A stretch of 64,000 nt of DNA from Gemmatimonadota bacterium (GCA_963666735.1 OY762926.1:2240001-2304000); one strand, 5' to 3'. Positions 9,471 to 19,647 are shown, numbered from the stretch's first letter. Program-made: numbers and translations. The notes: generated from the letters alone by a model not told the origin.

Positions 9471-10078
9471 AAGAACTCCCGGACGCCGCTGAGGCACATC
9501 TGGCAGCCGATGGCGAGCAGGATCAGGCCCGAGAAGCGCTCGAAGATCCGCACCGCCCGGCGGCTCAGCGCGTGCGAGAGGAAGCCGGCCGCCAGGAGCA
9601 CCGCGAGCACGCCCACCGATGCGACCAGCACCGCAATGAGCGTGGCGACGGGAATCCCGATCAACACGCCGGCCTCGTCGAGCGCCAGCGTGATCACGGC
9701 GGTGATCGACGCCGGCCCCGCGATCAGCGGCATGACGAGCGGAACCCAGAGGTGGTCCTCCGTCTCGCCCGGATCCCGGCGCACGCCCGTAATCCCGAAC
9801 CCCGCCCCGCGGAGCATCTCGAGCGCGGCGAGGATGACGACGAGGCCGCCGGCGGTCCGGAACGCGGCAAAACTCACGTCGAAGAGCTCCAGGATGCGCG
9901 CGCCGGCGACCGCGGCGACGGTGAGTACGATGAGCACTCCCACCGCCACCTTCACGGCCGCGCGCCGGAGTTCCACGCGCGAAAACCCGTCCGTCGCCGC
10001 GAAGAAGAACGGAAGCTCGGCGAGCGGATTCGTGAGCGCGATGAGCGCAATGCAGCCGTAGAGAATCTGGTCGATCAC
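9461..10078 (-). CDS. MarC family integral membrane protein
   Basis: NPL, FR.AGG, VPL.MPLIAGP.SI, R..GLIL.AIG. Confidence 0.88.
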   Translation of the reverse strand: MIDQILYGCIALIALTNPLAELPFFFAATDGFSRVELRRAAVKVAVGVLIVLTVAAVAGARILELFDVSFAAFRTAGGLVVILAALEMLRGAGFGITGVRRDPGETEDHLWVPLVMPLIAGPASITAVITLALDEAGVLIGIPVATLIAVLVASVGVLAVLLAAGFLSHALSRRAVRIFERFSGLILLAIGCQMCLSGVREFFVG

Positions 10079-10197
10079 GGGGACACGATATTCCCGCCCG
10101 GCCGCCCGCGCGACCTTCGCACCCGTGGCCTGAACCGCAGGAGCCCCGCATGTTGGCAGGGTTCCAGAAACCTGTCGTCCGGATTCCGGGGGAAGCC

Positions 10198-11649
10198 ATG
10201 AAACGCCTCACATTCGCGGCCATCGCGCTCGTCCTTCTCGCACCGGCAGCCGGCGCTGCCCAGCAGGAGCGGTCCTACGATTACTTCGCTCCGCAGCGGG
10301 AGATGATCCAGCGCGGCGTCCAGGCCATCCTCCAGTGCAACGGCCTGTTCACGGGAGACCGGACGCTGGAGCAGGTCTTCGAGCAGGAACTCGCCTACCT
10401 TCGCGACCCGGTCGGGACGGCCGAGGGCGGCGACTACGTCGTGGACTGGGAGAGAAAGGCCGTCGCCATCGGCGAGCCCGGTGCGATTCCGACCATGAGG
10501 GCGGCGTTCCGCGAGGGGATCGGGTGCGTGATCCTGTCGCCGGACCAGACCTTCGACGACATCGGCGACCTGCCGGTCCTGGACACGCCGCCGCTGGTCG
10601 GCGACCCCTCGGCCGTGGCGTGGCCCGACGGCGATCTCGTCCAGAGCCGCCCGCTCCCGGCCGGCGTCGACCCGGGAGCCCTCCAGGCCGCCTCCGACTG
10701 GACCTTCGACCGCGAGTCCCCGGAGCAGGTGACGCTCAGCTTCATCGTCGTGCACGACGGCCGGATCATCCACGAGCGCTACGCGCCCGGCATCGACATG
10801 TTCACGAAGACCCGCACGTGGTCGACCGCAAAGAGCATCGCCTCGACGCTGATCGGCATGCTCGTGGACGAGGGCAAGCTGGCGCTCGACGAGCCCCTGC
10901 CCTTCGACTGGCTGCCCGGGAACGCGGGATCCGCGGAGACCGACCCCCGGCGCGAAATCACCCTCCGTCACGCACTCAACATGTCCAGCGGACTCTATCC
11001 CGTGGACAGCTGGGGGATGGAGTACGCGACCGGCTCCGGCTTCTCCTACTGGGCGGGCGCGAGTTCGGTGGACGGGGCGCGCAACCGCACGCTCATGCGA
11101 GAGCCCGGCACGTTCTGGGACTACGAGAACTACGATACGCTGCTCGGAGTGTACGCGATGAAGCAGGCGATCGGCGACCCGCAGGCCTACCTCGAGTTCC
11201 CGCGGGAACGTCTTCTCGACCGCATCGGGATGCGGAACACGTTCCTCAGCACCGACCGCTTCGGCGACTTCATCATGAGCAGCCAGGTCTACACGACGGC
11301 CCGGGATCTGGCCCGCTTCGGGCTGCTCTACGCGCAGAACGGAATGTGGAAGGACGAGCGCCTGATCTCCGAGGAGTGGATCGACTTCGTGCGGACGCCG
11401 GCCCCCGCCACGTCCGAGACGGGCAACTTCTACGGCGGCCAGTTCTGGCTCGTGCCCGACGGCCGCACGGACGTGCCGAAGGGCGCTTACTCCACCGCCG
11501 GCAACCGCGGCCAGTTCGTCGTCATCGTCCCGTCGCACGACGTCGTCATCGTCCGGCGCGGGCTCGACTACGGCCGGCAGGGCTTCGACCGCTGGGACAT
11601 GACGCGGGAGGTGCTCAAGGCGTTCGAACCCGTAGCCACGAACCCGTAG
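10198..11649 (+). CDS. Exported serine hydrolase, beta-lactamase (AmpC-like) family
   Basis: SxxK (STAK), YEN, signal peptide ending AAQQ. Confidence 0.88.
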   Translation: MKRLTFAAIALVLLAPAAGAAQQERSYDYFAPQREMIQRGVQAILQCNGLFTGDRTLEQVFEQELAYLRDPVGTAEGGDYVVDWERKAVAIGEPGAIPTMRAAFREGIGCVILSPDQTFDDIGDLPVLDTPPLVGDPSAVAWPDGDLVQSRPLPAGVDPGALQAASDWTFDRESPEQVTLSFIVVHDGRIIHERYAPGIDMFTKTRTWSTAKSIASTLIGMLVDEGKLALDEPLPFDWLPGNAGSAETDPRREITLRHALNMSSGLYPVDSWGMEYATGSGFSYWAGASSVDGARNRTLMREPGTFWDYENYDTLLGVYAMKQAIGDPQAYLEFPRERLLDRIGMRNTFLSTDRFGDFIMSSQVYTTARDLARFGLLYAQNGMWKDERLISEEWIDFVRTPAPATSETGNFYGGQFWLVPDGRTDVPKGAYSTAGNRGQFVVIVPSHDVVIVRRGLDYGRQGFDRWDMTREVLKAFEPVATNP

Positions 11650-11767
11650 CGAGAGTTTTTCGCTTGATGTCGAGTTGCGATCAGAGGGCAAGCTGGCGAA
11701 CCGTAACCCCCGGCGGCACCTTGGCGCGGAACTTCATTCAGACAATTGGGTTCGGGACGACCGTAAC

Positions 11768-12871
11768 ATGATCCGCAGACTAAAGTTGGAGAACTACCGC
11801 AGCTTCGAGTCCTACAAGCTCGAGGATCTTGCCCGCGTCAACCTCTTGGTCGGACCTAACAACTGTGGCAAGACCTCGATCCTCGAAGCCGCCCATTTCC
11901 TGGCAGTACAGGGTGACCCACGTGCCTTGGTCCACTCCACGTACCGCCGCGGCGAGGTGCTCCCGTCAAGGAGTCACGATGGTACCGAGGATCACAGGAC
12001 ACGCGAACCCTACGACCTTTCTCATCAGTTCCATGGACATCGTTTCGACGTGGGGACCTCTTTCCAGATCTCGTCCGACGATGAACTCGGAAATGTTGCC
12101 GTAACGATTCGGCAGGCTGAGGATGGACAAGCAGAAGATCTCTTCAACATCGAGACCGGTCGCACACAGAGCCTCGTCCTTCGAATCGAGAGTCCTTCGC
12201 AAGGCAACTTCGATCTCGCCGTCAACGACGATGGCTCGTTTACGTGGAACCCTCGCGCACTCCGGAAAGCGGCGGCAAACGCCCCGACGGCGACCCGGCC
12301 GGTTCAGTTCCTGGAAGTCGACTCGCTTGAGCCGCGTCTCATGGCTTCGATGTGGGACAACGTACTTGTAGATGGGCGGGAAACTGAAGTCCTTCACGCG
12401 ATGCGCATACTGGAAAGCGAACTGAGTTCGATTCACTTCCTCTCGGGCGACCGGGTGCATCGGTTCAAGGGCTCTCCGGGCATAGTTCTCGGCTTCTCGG
12501 GTCAAAAACGACGCGTACCTCTCGGCAGTTACGGCGACGGCATACGTCGTCTCTTGGGTCTGTCGTTATCTCTCACTCAGCTGCAACATGGGCTGCTGCT
12601 GGCGGATGAGATAGATACGGGACTCCACTGGAAGGTCATGGAAGACATGTGGCGTCTTGTCGTCGAGACAGCATGCGATGCGTCGATCCAGGTGTTCGCG
12701 ACAACACACAGCTACGACTGCGTTCGAGGACTGGATTCGCTACTGGGAGCGAATCCCGAACTAGCAGATCACGTATGTATTCAAAAGATCGAACGGTCGC
12801 TGGACCAAGCTGTGGCTTTTGACGCGGATCGAATAAGGGCGGCCGTGAAGCACGGGATTGAACTCCGGTGA
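11768..12871 (+). CDS. ABC-type AAA ATPase (AAA_15/AAA_21-like)
   Basis: Walker A GPNNCGKTS, signature-like SYGDG, Walker B LLADEIDTGLH, H-loop ATTHS; lower GC than flanks. Confidence 0.88.
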   Translation: MIRRLKLENYRSFESYKLEDLARVNLLVGPNNCGKTSILEAAHFLAVQGDPRALVHSTYRRGEVLPSRSHDGTEDHRTREPYDLSHQFHGHRFDVGTSFQISSDDELGNVAVTIRQAEDGQAEDLFNIETGRTQSLVLRIESPSQGNFDLAVNDDGSFTWNPRALRKAAANAPTATRPVQFLEVDSLEPRLMASMWDNVLVDGRETEVLHAMRILESELSSIHFLSGDRVHRFKGSPGIVLGFSGQKRRVPLGSYGDGIRRLLGLSLSLTQLQHGLLLADEIDTGLHWKVMEDMWRLVVETACDASIQVFATTHSYDCVRGLDSLLGANPELADHVCIQKIERSLDQAVAFDADRIRAAVKHGIELR

Positions 12872-13527
12872 CGCCGGTTATGAGGACCGAACCCTCCATT
12901 TTCGTCGAGGGCAAAGATGATGAGCATGCGATACTCCATCTTGTCATGCGTCACGGGCTCACCAAGGAGACCCTGTCGCGCTTCCCTCGAATCGAACCGT
13001 CGGGTGGGAAGGACGGTGTCCTCGAAGCCATCGAAGCTGCAGTCAGCGCTGGTACGGATCGAACTCTCGGCTTCGTACTTGATGCCGATGAGAACTTGGG
13101 TGACACATGGCGAGCTGTAGCCAGCCGACTCGCGAGAGTCAATGTGCCGGTGCCCGGCGAGATTCCGAAAGAGGGGTTCGTCGATGTGTCCAGCCGGTAT
13201 CGAACCCGGGTCGGTGTTTGGATCATGCCTGACAATGAGCGCGCCGGAGAGTTGGAGGATTTTTTGGAGAGCCTTGTGGATGTCGGGAACCCGTTGCTTC
13301 CGCATGCGCAGGAGTCGACCAACCGCGCGAAGTTGCTTGGCGCCGCCTTTCCCGACGCCAAGACCGGCAAGGCTGTGCTCCACGCGTGGCTTGCTTGGCA
13401 GAATAATCCCGGCCGCCCGTATGGGACGGCGATCAAGAGCGGGTACCTTCGGCACGATAGCGCGGCGGCGGGGCGTTTCGTGGCTTGGTTCCGCCAGCTG
13501 TTCGCCATGGAAGGACCAACGACTTGA
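12868..13527 (+). CDS. DUF3226-like protein, TOPRIM-type nuclease fold
   Basis: IFVEGKDD, GFVLDAD, GVWIMPDN..GELEDFL, KA.LHAWLAWQ..PG; GTGA overlap with ATPase stop. Confidence 0.78.
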   Translation: MTPVMRTEPSIFVEGKDDEHAILHLVMRHGLTKETLSRFPRIEPSGGKDGVLEAIEAAVSAGTDRTLGFVLDADENLGDTWRAVASRLARVNVPVPGEIPKEGFVDVSSRYRTRVGVWIMPDNERAGELEDFLESLVDVGNPLLPHAQESTNRAKLLGAAFPDAKTGKAVLHAWLAWQNNPGRPYGTAIKSGYLRHDSAAAGRFVAWFRQLFAMEGPTT

Positions 13528-13561
13528 AGGCTACGGGTCACACAACTCTCTTCGGCGGGGG

Positions 13562-14302
13562 TCAGACCCAGCGGCCGCTGTGGAGTTGGAGGACGAAGGG
13601 GTTGGTGTCGCGTTCCACGCCCACGGTGGTCTCGGGGCCGTGGCCGGGGTAGAGGCGGGTCTCGGGCGGTAGCGTCAGCACCTGCGACCGGATGGACTCC
13701 ATGAGCACGCCGTAGTTCCCGCTCGGGAGATCCGTCCGTCCGATCGACCCGCGGAAGATCACGTCGCCCACGATCGCCACGGGGTGTGACGTGGAGATGA
13801 ACATCACGTGTCCCGGAGCGTGGCCGGGTACGAACGCCACTTCGAACTCCGACCCGCCGAAGGCGATGTTCGTGCCGGGGACCAGGTCGATGTCGGGCGG
13901 CGGCGGCTCCACGCATGGCACCCCGAAGGCGAGGGCCTGGTTCGCCACGTTGTCGTAGAGCGGCCGGTCCAGCGGATGGAGGTAAATGGGCGCCCCGGTC
14001 TCCCCCTTCGCCTCCTTGAGGCCGTCGATGTGATCCACGTGGGCGTGCGTGACGAGGAGCGCCGCGATGTCCAGGTCGCGGGCGCGCGCCTCGGCCAGCG
14101 CCTCCGGCGTCGCGGCTCCGGGGTCGATCAGCAGCCCGGTGCGGCCGTCCTCGCAGACCAGCAGCAGCGTGTTCTGCACGAACGGTCCGCCCGTGAACGT
14201 CAGAATCTCGATCTTTCCCGCTCCATTCGCGCGCGATTGTGCCCGCTTTCGGCCCTCCGAGCGGGTGAGGCGGAGTCTATCCGCGGCGCCGGGGTGCGGC
14301 AA
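13562..14302 (-). CDS. MBL-fold metallo-hydrolase (YcbL/GloB-like); start uncertain
   Basis: THAHVDH, PGHAPGH, GDVIFRGSIGRTDL, PGHG. Confidence 0.85.
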   Translation of the reverse strand: MPHPGAADRLRLTRSEGRKRAQSRANGAGKIEILTFTGGPFVQNTLLLVCEDGRTGLLIDPGAATPEALAEARARDLDIAALLVTHAHVDHIDGLKEAKGETGAPIYLHPLDRPLYDNVANQALAFGVPCVEPPPPDIDLVPGTNIAFGGSEFEVAFVPGHAPGHVMFISTSHPVAIVGDVIFRGSIGRTDLPSGNYGVLMESIRSQVLTLPPETRLYPGHGPETTVGVERDTNPFVLQLHSGRWV

Positions 14303-14343
14303 CGGATTTGCCCTTCCGGATTTGCCTTCCGGATTTGCCTTTC
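14303..14343. repeat. Triple tandem repeat CGGATTTGCC(C/T)TTC between divergent genes
   Basis: cggatttgcccttc cggatttgccttc cggatttgcctttc. Confidence 0.85.
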
Positions 14344-14370
14344 CCTACGCGCCGGGCGCAGGATTGCGCG

Positions 14371-15729
14371 ATGAACCTCACCCCCCGCCGGGCGGACCTC
14401 GCGCGCATGCTGCGCCTGGCCCTCCCGATCGTGACCGTCCAGGTCGGCATCATGATGATGGGCGTCGTGGACACGCTCATGGTCGGCCACCTGTCGGCGA
14501 CCGACCTCGCCGCGGTCGGCCTGGGAAATATCTACTTCTTCCAGATCGCCGTGTTCGGGATGGGCGTCCTCATGGCCCTCGATCCCATCGTCTCGCAGGG
14601 TGTGGGGGCGGGAGACCATGAAGCGGCCGCCCGGGGGATCCAGCGGGCGCTCGTGCTCACCCTCTTTCTGACGGCGATCACCTCCCTGCTTTTTCTGCCC
14701 GCCACGCGCGTCTTCGCCCTCCTGCGGCAGCCCGCCGATGTCGTGCCGGTCGCCGGGGGGTACGCGCTCGGGTCGATCCTCGGGATGCTCCCCTTCTACG
14801 CGTTCGTCGTACTCCGGCAGAGCCTGCAGGCGATGGGTCGCGTGGCGCCGATCGTGTGGACGATCGCGGGAGCGAACGCGCTGAACGCCTTCCTCAACTG
14901 GATCCTGATCTACGGGAATCTCGGGATCCCGCAACTCGGGGCCGTGGGCTCGGCGTGGGGGTCGAGTCTCGCCCGCTGGTGCATGGCGGTGGCCCTCCTC
15001 TGGCTGTCCTGGCCTTCCATGCGTCCCTACCTGGGCCGGTTTCGGCGCGAGGCCCTCCACGGGCGCGCACTCGTGCGCATGGTGCGGCTGGGCACGCCGA
15101 TCGGCTTTCAGCAGCAGCTCGAGTTCGGGGCCTTCGCCGTGATCGGCGTCATGATGGGCTGGCTCGGCACCGAGGCGATGGCGGGTCACCAGATCGCGCT
15201 CAACCTCGCCGCGCTCACCTTCATGGTGCCGTTCGGGATCGCAGCCGCTTCCGCCGTCCGGGTGGGACACGCCGTCGGACAGGCGGACATGGACGCGGCG
15301 AGGCGGGCCGCGGCCGCCGGGATCCAGATCAGCGGCGTCTTCATGCTCGCGACCGCCGCCGCCTTTCTCCTCTTCCCCCGCTTCTGGGCCGGCCTCTATT
15401 CGCACGATCTCCCGGTCATCGCGATCGCCGCCTCGCTGATCCCGATCGCCGGCGTCTTCCAGGTCACCGACGGCCTCCAGACCGTCGCGGCCGGCGTGCT
15501 GCGCGGCGCCGGAGACACCTTCACACCCTTCCTGGTGAACGCCCTCGGCTTCTGGCTGCTCGGCGTGCCGGTGAGCTACTTCCTGGCCTTCCGCGCCGAC
15601 TGGGGGCCGCGCGGCCTCTGGTGGGGCCTGGCCGCCGGACTTGCCGCGGTGGCGGTCCTCCTCTTCGCGCGCCTGGGCCGCGTCCTGCGCCGCGAGGTGC
15701 GCCGCGTGGCCATCGACACGCCCGTCTGA
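14371..15729 (+). CDS. MATE family efflux transporter (NorM-like)
   Basis: LALPI, VDTLMVGHL, GAVGSAWG, HQIALN, GVLRGAGDT. Confidence 0.92.
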   Translation: MNLTPRRADLARMLRLALPIVTVQVGIMMMGVVDTLMVGHLSATDLAAVGLGNIYFFQIAVFGMGVLMALDPIVSQGVGAGDHEAAARGIQRALVLTLFLTAITSLLFLPATRVFALLRQPADVVPVAGGYALGSILGMLPFYAFVVLRQSLQAMGRVAPIVWTIAGANALNAFLNWILIYGNLGIPQLGAVGSAWGSSLARWCMAVALLWLSWPSMRPYLGRFRREALHGRALVRMVRLGTPIGFQQQLEFGAFAVIGVMMGWLGTEAMAGHQIALNLAALTFMVPFGIAAASAVRVGHAVGQADMDAARRAAAAGIQISGVFMLATAAAFLLFPRFWAGLYSHDLPVIAIAASLIPIAGVFQVTDGLQTVAAGVLRGAGDTFTPFLVNALGFWLLGVPVSYFLAFRADWGPRGLWWGLAAGLAAVAVLLFARLGRVLRREVRRVAIDTPV

Positions 15730-15786
15730 CTTTCAGATGGACGCCGATTCACTTTCAATCGGTCGCCCCTCCGCTTTCAATCGGTC
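15730..15786. promoter_or_regulatory. Three direct repeats CTTTCA(ATCGGTC) at exact 22-bp period; candidate regulator binding array
   Basis: Units begin at 15730, 15752 and 15774. Confidence 0.5.
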
Positions 15787-15877
15787 ACGGAAGATTCGCG
15801 CTCCGGGGCGCTCTGCAACGTGGCCTTGGCGCCGTGTGTCCCATCTAACGGATGACGGACGACAAGCGGCGGGTTCC

Positions 15878-16765
15878 ATGATTACACGACCGGCGGGTTC
15901 CATGATTACAAGACGACGTACACGACGACGGTTTGAGCGACGATTCCAGCGTTTCCTCCCGGCGGCCCTGCCGGTGGTGCTCCCGGCGGCCATCGCGGGC
16001 CTCGCGCCAGCGGCGCTGGGTGCGCAGGCCGGCCATGTCCACTATCTGCGCTCCGTGCAATACGACTTCCACGTGCCGGAGCGCTGGGCCGAGTTGCGCG
16101 ACCGGATCGCGGCGCAGAGCGCGGCCTCGATGGTGCTTCTCTTCGACGGCTCCCGGTCGATCATGATGCCGGATCCGGAGGAGGCGGAAGAGGCCCGCGG
16201 GGGCGGCGCCGACGGCTCGGACCGGATGGACCGCCGCGCGCTCGGGATGGCCCTGCGACTGCGGATGGCGTCCGCCTCGCGCAGCGATCAGGAGGACCTG
16301 CTCCAGGCCTATGTGGACTTCGGGAGCGGGGCGATCACGGAAACGCGCGAGTTCATGGGCCGGACGTTCCTCATCTCGGGGGACCGGCCCACGTACCAGT
16401 GGAAGCTCGGGACGGAGCAGCGCGAATTCCTCGGCTTCATGGTGCAGAAGGCAACGGCCGTCCACGACGGGGCGGAGATCGAAGCCTGGTTCACGCCCCA
16501 GATCCCGGTGCAGGCGGGTCCCGGGCAGTACGGCGGGCTTCCCGGGCTCATCCTCGTGCTCTCGCTCGACGGCGGGCACCTGCTCTACTCGGCGACCGAG
16601 GTGAGCCTCGAGGGCCTCGGCGACGTCGAGATCGTACCACCGACGGAGGGAGACATGGTCACACGCGAGGAGTACGAAGCCCTCGTGGAGGAGAAGATCG
16701 AGGAAATCCGGGCCACGCGCGGAGCCGGCAACCGGCGTCGCCCCTTTGACGGGGGGGTCCGATGA
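15878..16765 (+). CDS. GLPGLI family protein
   Basis: WKL..E.....GF.VQKA, AWFTPQIPV.AGP..YGGLPGLIL; 24-bp in-frame duplication at the start (MITRPAGSMITRR). Confidence 0.88.
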   Translation: MITRPAGSMITRRRTRRRFERRFQRFLPAALPVVLPAAIAGLAPAALGAQAGHVHYLRSVQYDFHVPERWAELRDRIAAQSAASMVLLFDGSRSIMMPDPEEAEEARGGGADGSDRMDRRALGMALRLRMASASRSDQEDLLQAYVDFGSGAITETREFMGRTFLISGDRPTYQWKLGTEQREFLGFMVQKATAVHDGAEIEAWFTPQIPVQAGPGQYGGLPGLILVLSLDGGHLLYSATEVSLEGLGDVEIVPPTEGDMVTREEYEALVEEKIEEIRATRGAGNRRRPFDGGVR

Positions 16766-19647
16766 GGCGGCCCGGGCCGATGGGTCCGACCCCGGCGTTC
16801 CCGGCGCGGCCGCGGCCGATCCTGGCGCTGCTGGCGGCGGGGCTGGCGTTCACGGCGTTCCTGCCCCGTCTCGTCGAGGCCCAGGACGAATACACCGTGA
16901 GCGGCGTGATCGCCGACGCGGCGGGTGACGGGCTCAGCGGCGCCATGGTGGTGGCGCTCGCGAAGCCCGACTCGGTGCTGACCCGGTTCACCACCTCCAA
17001 CGGCGACGGCATCTTCGCTCTGGGGGACCTGGAACCCGGGGAGTACATCCTGCAGGTCACTCTCCTCGGGCACGGCACGGTGCGGCAGGATCTCTCCCTC
17101 ACGGGTGAGGACGTACGCGTCGGCACGATCACGCTCGAGGTGATGCCGGTGGAGATGGATCCACTCGTCATCACCCTCGACCACGTGCCCTTCCTGAACC
17201 GGCGCGACACCCTCGGCTACAACGCCCTCGCCTTCCGGACGCGGCCCAACGCGACGGTGGAGGACCTCCTCCGCCAGCTTCCGGGGATCGAGGTCGAGAA
17301 CGACGGATCGATCACGGCGCAGGGCGAAGAGGTCGAGAATGTCCTCGTGGACGGCAGGGAGTTCTTCGGGGGCGATCCGGCGATGGCGACTCAGAATCTG
17401 CCCGCCGAAGCCGTGGAGAAGGTGGAGGTCTACGACAAAGAGTCGGACATGGCCGAGTTCACGGGCATCGCCGACGGCGAGGAAGAGCGTACGATCAACC
17501 TGGAACTCAAGGAAGAGGCCCGGTCGGGCTACTTCGGCCGCACGTCGGGCGGACTCGGGGCGGACGTGGAGAACGCGTCCGTTTCCCCCGGATTCGGCGA
17601 GCGCGCGGCCGCGCGGCTCCCCGCCACGAGCGAGTCCGGGACGGTGGCCGGCGGGATTCCGTACGCGGGCGCCCTGTCGATCAACCGGTTTTCCCCCACC
17701 ACGCAGCTCGCCATCGTCGGAAGCGCGAACAACGTGAACCAGGCCGGGTTCGGGTGGGGCGATGCGATGTCGTTCGGCGGACGGGACTTCGGCCGCGGCG
17801 GCGGCGGCGACGACGGGCTCACCGAGACCGCCATGCTGGCGCTCAACGTCAACCACGACTTCGGCGGGAACGACGACCACTGGATCCGGACGAGCTACCG
17901 TCTCAGCACGCTCGACAACTTCCAGAACGAGACGCAAAGGCAGGAGCAACTCCTCGGCACGAGCGCTTCATCCCTCGTCGACCGCGCCACGCGCACGGAC
18001 ACCGAAAACTCTAGCCACCGGGTCAACCTCAATTCCCAGTTCACGCTCTCGGAGGGCCATGAACTGCGGCTGCGCGGGAATCTGAACGCCCGCACCTCGC
18101 TGCTCGACCGCGTGGACTTCCAGGACACGCGCTCGGGCACCGGACAGTTCCTGACGGCCGCGGCGACGAACTACGATGTGGACAGCGACGACGTGGGCGG
18201 CGACGCCCGGCTCACGTGGCGCAAGCGACTCGACGACAGCGGGCGGAGTCTTTTCGCGGAGGCCCGGGTGAACCTCAGCGATGCCGACCGCTTCACGAAC
18301 CTCGCGTCGTCGATCGAGGGCAACGTGGAGAACCCGCGGGCCCGGGCCGGCGACGTGCTCCAGGAGCAGACGAATGTCGGTCAGACGCTGACGCACTCGG
18401 TCCGGTTGTCCATGACCCAGCCCATGCCCGCCGGCTCCATGCTGGAGGTCTACGGGGAGCGGAGCGCGACCGCCGAGGACGAGAACCAGTCGGTGTTCGA
18501 CATCGGGACTGACGGCCGGACGCCGAACCCGCTCCTCACCTCCGGGTTCGAGCGAACGTACAGCTACCTGCGCGGCGGCTTTCGCTTCAACCGCTCGAAC
18601 GAGGCCGGACGGCTCGTGCTCGGACTGCGCCTCCAGGGTTCGAATCTCGACGGGACGATCCTCGACCGGAGCGAGGAGATCACGAACGGATACACGCACG
18701 TGCTGCCCAACGCCGAATACCGGCTGCAGCTCGACGACATGCGCACGCTTCAGTTCCGGTACTCGACGTCCACGCGCGAGCCGCGCATGACGGATCTTCA
18801 GCCCTTCGTCGACAATCGCGATCCGTTGCGGATCCGGGTGGGGAACCCGGACCTGCAGCCGGAATACACGCACCGTCTGCGGACGGAATACCGCTTCTTC
18901 GACACGTTCAGCTTCGTCAACCTGTTCACCTGGGCGAACGTCAGCGTCACGACGAACGACATCTCCCAGGCCCGGACAGTGACGGAGCGGGGGCTGCAGA
19001 CGATTTCGCCCGTGAACCTCGGGCGCTCGTGGTCGGCGAACGGCGGCGCGAGCTTCGGAACGCCGCTGCGCTGGATGGGCGGACAGGTGGACCTGAACTA
19101 CAACCTCGGATACTCGAGTTCGAACGAGTTCGTGAACCAGGTCGAGAACCTGAGCCGCTCGCTCTCGCACACCTTCGGAGTCGAACTCGAGAACCGTGCC
19201 AAGGAGGACTACGATGTGCGCGGCGGCGCCAAGGTGACGCTGAGCGACGTCAGCTATTCCCTGAACGAGGAGTTGAACGAGGACTACGTCAATTCCACGC
19301 TGTACGGGAGCGCGGACTTCTACCTGGGGGCGTGGACGCTGGGCACGGAGCTTCAGTGGAGGCTCTACGACCAGGACCTGTTCGGCCCGGGGCGGAATGT
19401 CGCGCTGTGGGAGGCTTCCCTGCAGCGCCGCATCCTGAACGATCAGGCCGAGATCCGGCTGGTGGGGTTCGACCTTCTGGGCCAGAATCAGGGGGTGACG
19501 TACACGAACTCGCCCGGCTTCATTCGGGAGAGTCGGATCGAGTCGCTCACGCAGTACGTGATGCTGAACTTCACCTGGTATCTCGGGAACCGCTCCATGG
19601 CCGGCGGCGGTGGCGGGGGCCGCGGGGGAGACCGCTCCCGCAGGTAG
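16762..19647 (+). CDS. Outer-membrane beta-barrel (OMP_b-brl_3 / TonB-dependent-like) with carboxypeptidase-regulatory-like N-domain
   Basis: DTL.YNA.AF..RPNATVEDLLRQLPGIEV, LVDG.EFFGGDP, GNPDLQPE; signal peptide. Confidence 0.85.
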   Translation: MRRPGPMGPTPAFPARPRPILALLAAGLAFTAFLPRLVEAQDEYTVSGVIADAAGDGLSGAMVVALAKPDSVLTRFTTSNGDGIFALGDLEPGEYILQVTLLGHGTVRQDLSLTGEDVRVGTITLEVMPVEMDPLVITLDHVPFLNRRDTLGYNALAFRTRPNATVEDLLRQLPGIEVENDGSITAQGEEVENVLVDGREFFGGDPAMATQNLPAEAVEKVEVYDKESDMAEFTGIADGEEERTINLELKEEARSGYFGRTSGGLGADVENASVSPGFGERAAARLPATSESGTVAGGIPYAGALSINRFSPTTQLAIVGSANNVNQAGFGWGDAMSFGGRDFGRGGGGDDGLTETAMLALNVNHDFGGNDDHWIRTSYRLSTLDNFQNETQRQEQLLGTSASSLVDRATRTDTENSSHRVNLNSQFTLSEGHELRLRGNLNARTSLLDRVDFQDTRSGTGQFLTAAATNYDVDSDDVGGDARLTWRKRLDDSGRSLFAEARVNLSDADRFTNLASSIEGNVENPRARAGDVLQEQTNVGQTLTHSVRLSMTQPMPAGSMLEVYGERSATAEDENQSVFDIGTDGRTPNPLLTSGFERTYSYLRGGFRFNRSNEAGRLVLGLRLQGSNLDGTILDRSEEITNGYTHVLPNAEYRLQLDDMRTLQFRYSTSTREPRMTDLQPFVDNRDPLRIRVGNPDLQPEYTHRLRTEYRFFDTFSFVNLFTWANVSVTTNDISQARTVTERGLQTISPVNLGRSWSANGGASFGTPLRWMGGQVDLNYNLGYSSSNEFVNQVENLSRSLSHTFGVELENRAKEDYDVRGGAKVTLSDVSYSLNEELNEDYVNSTLYGSADFYLGAWTLGTELQWRLYDQDLFGPGRNVALWEASLQRRILNDQAEIRLVGFDLLGQNQGVTYTNSPGFIRESRIESLTQYVMLNFTWYLGNRSMAGGGGGGRGGDRSRR

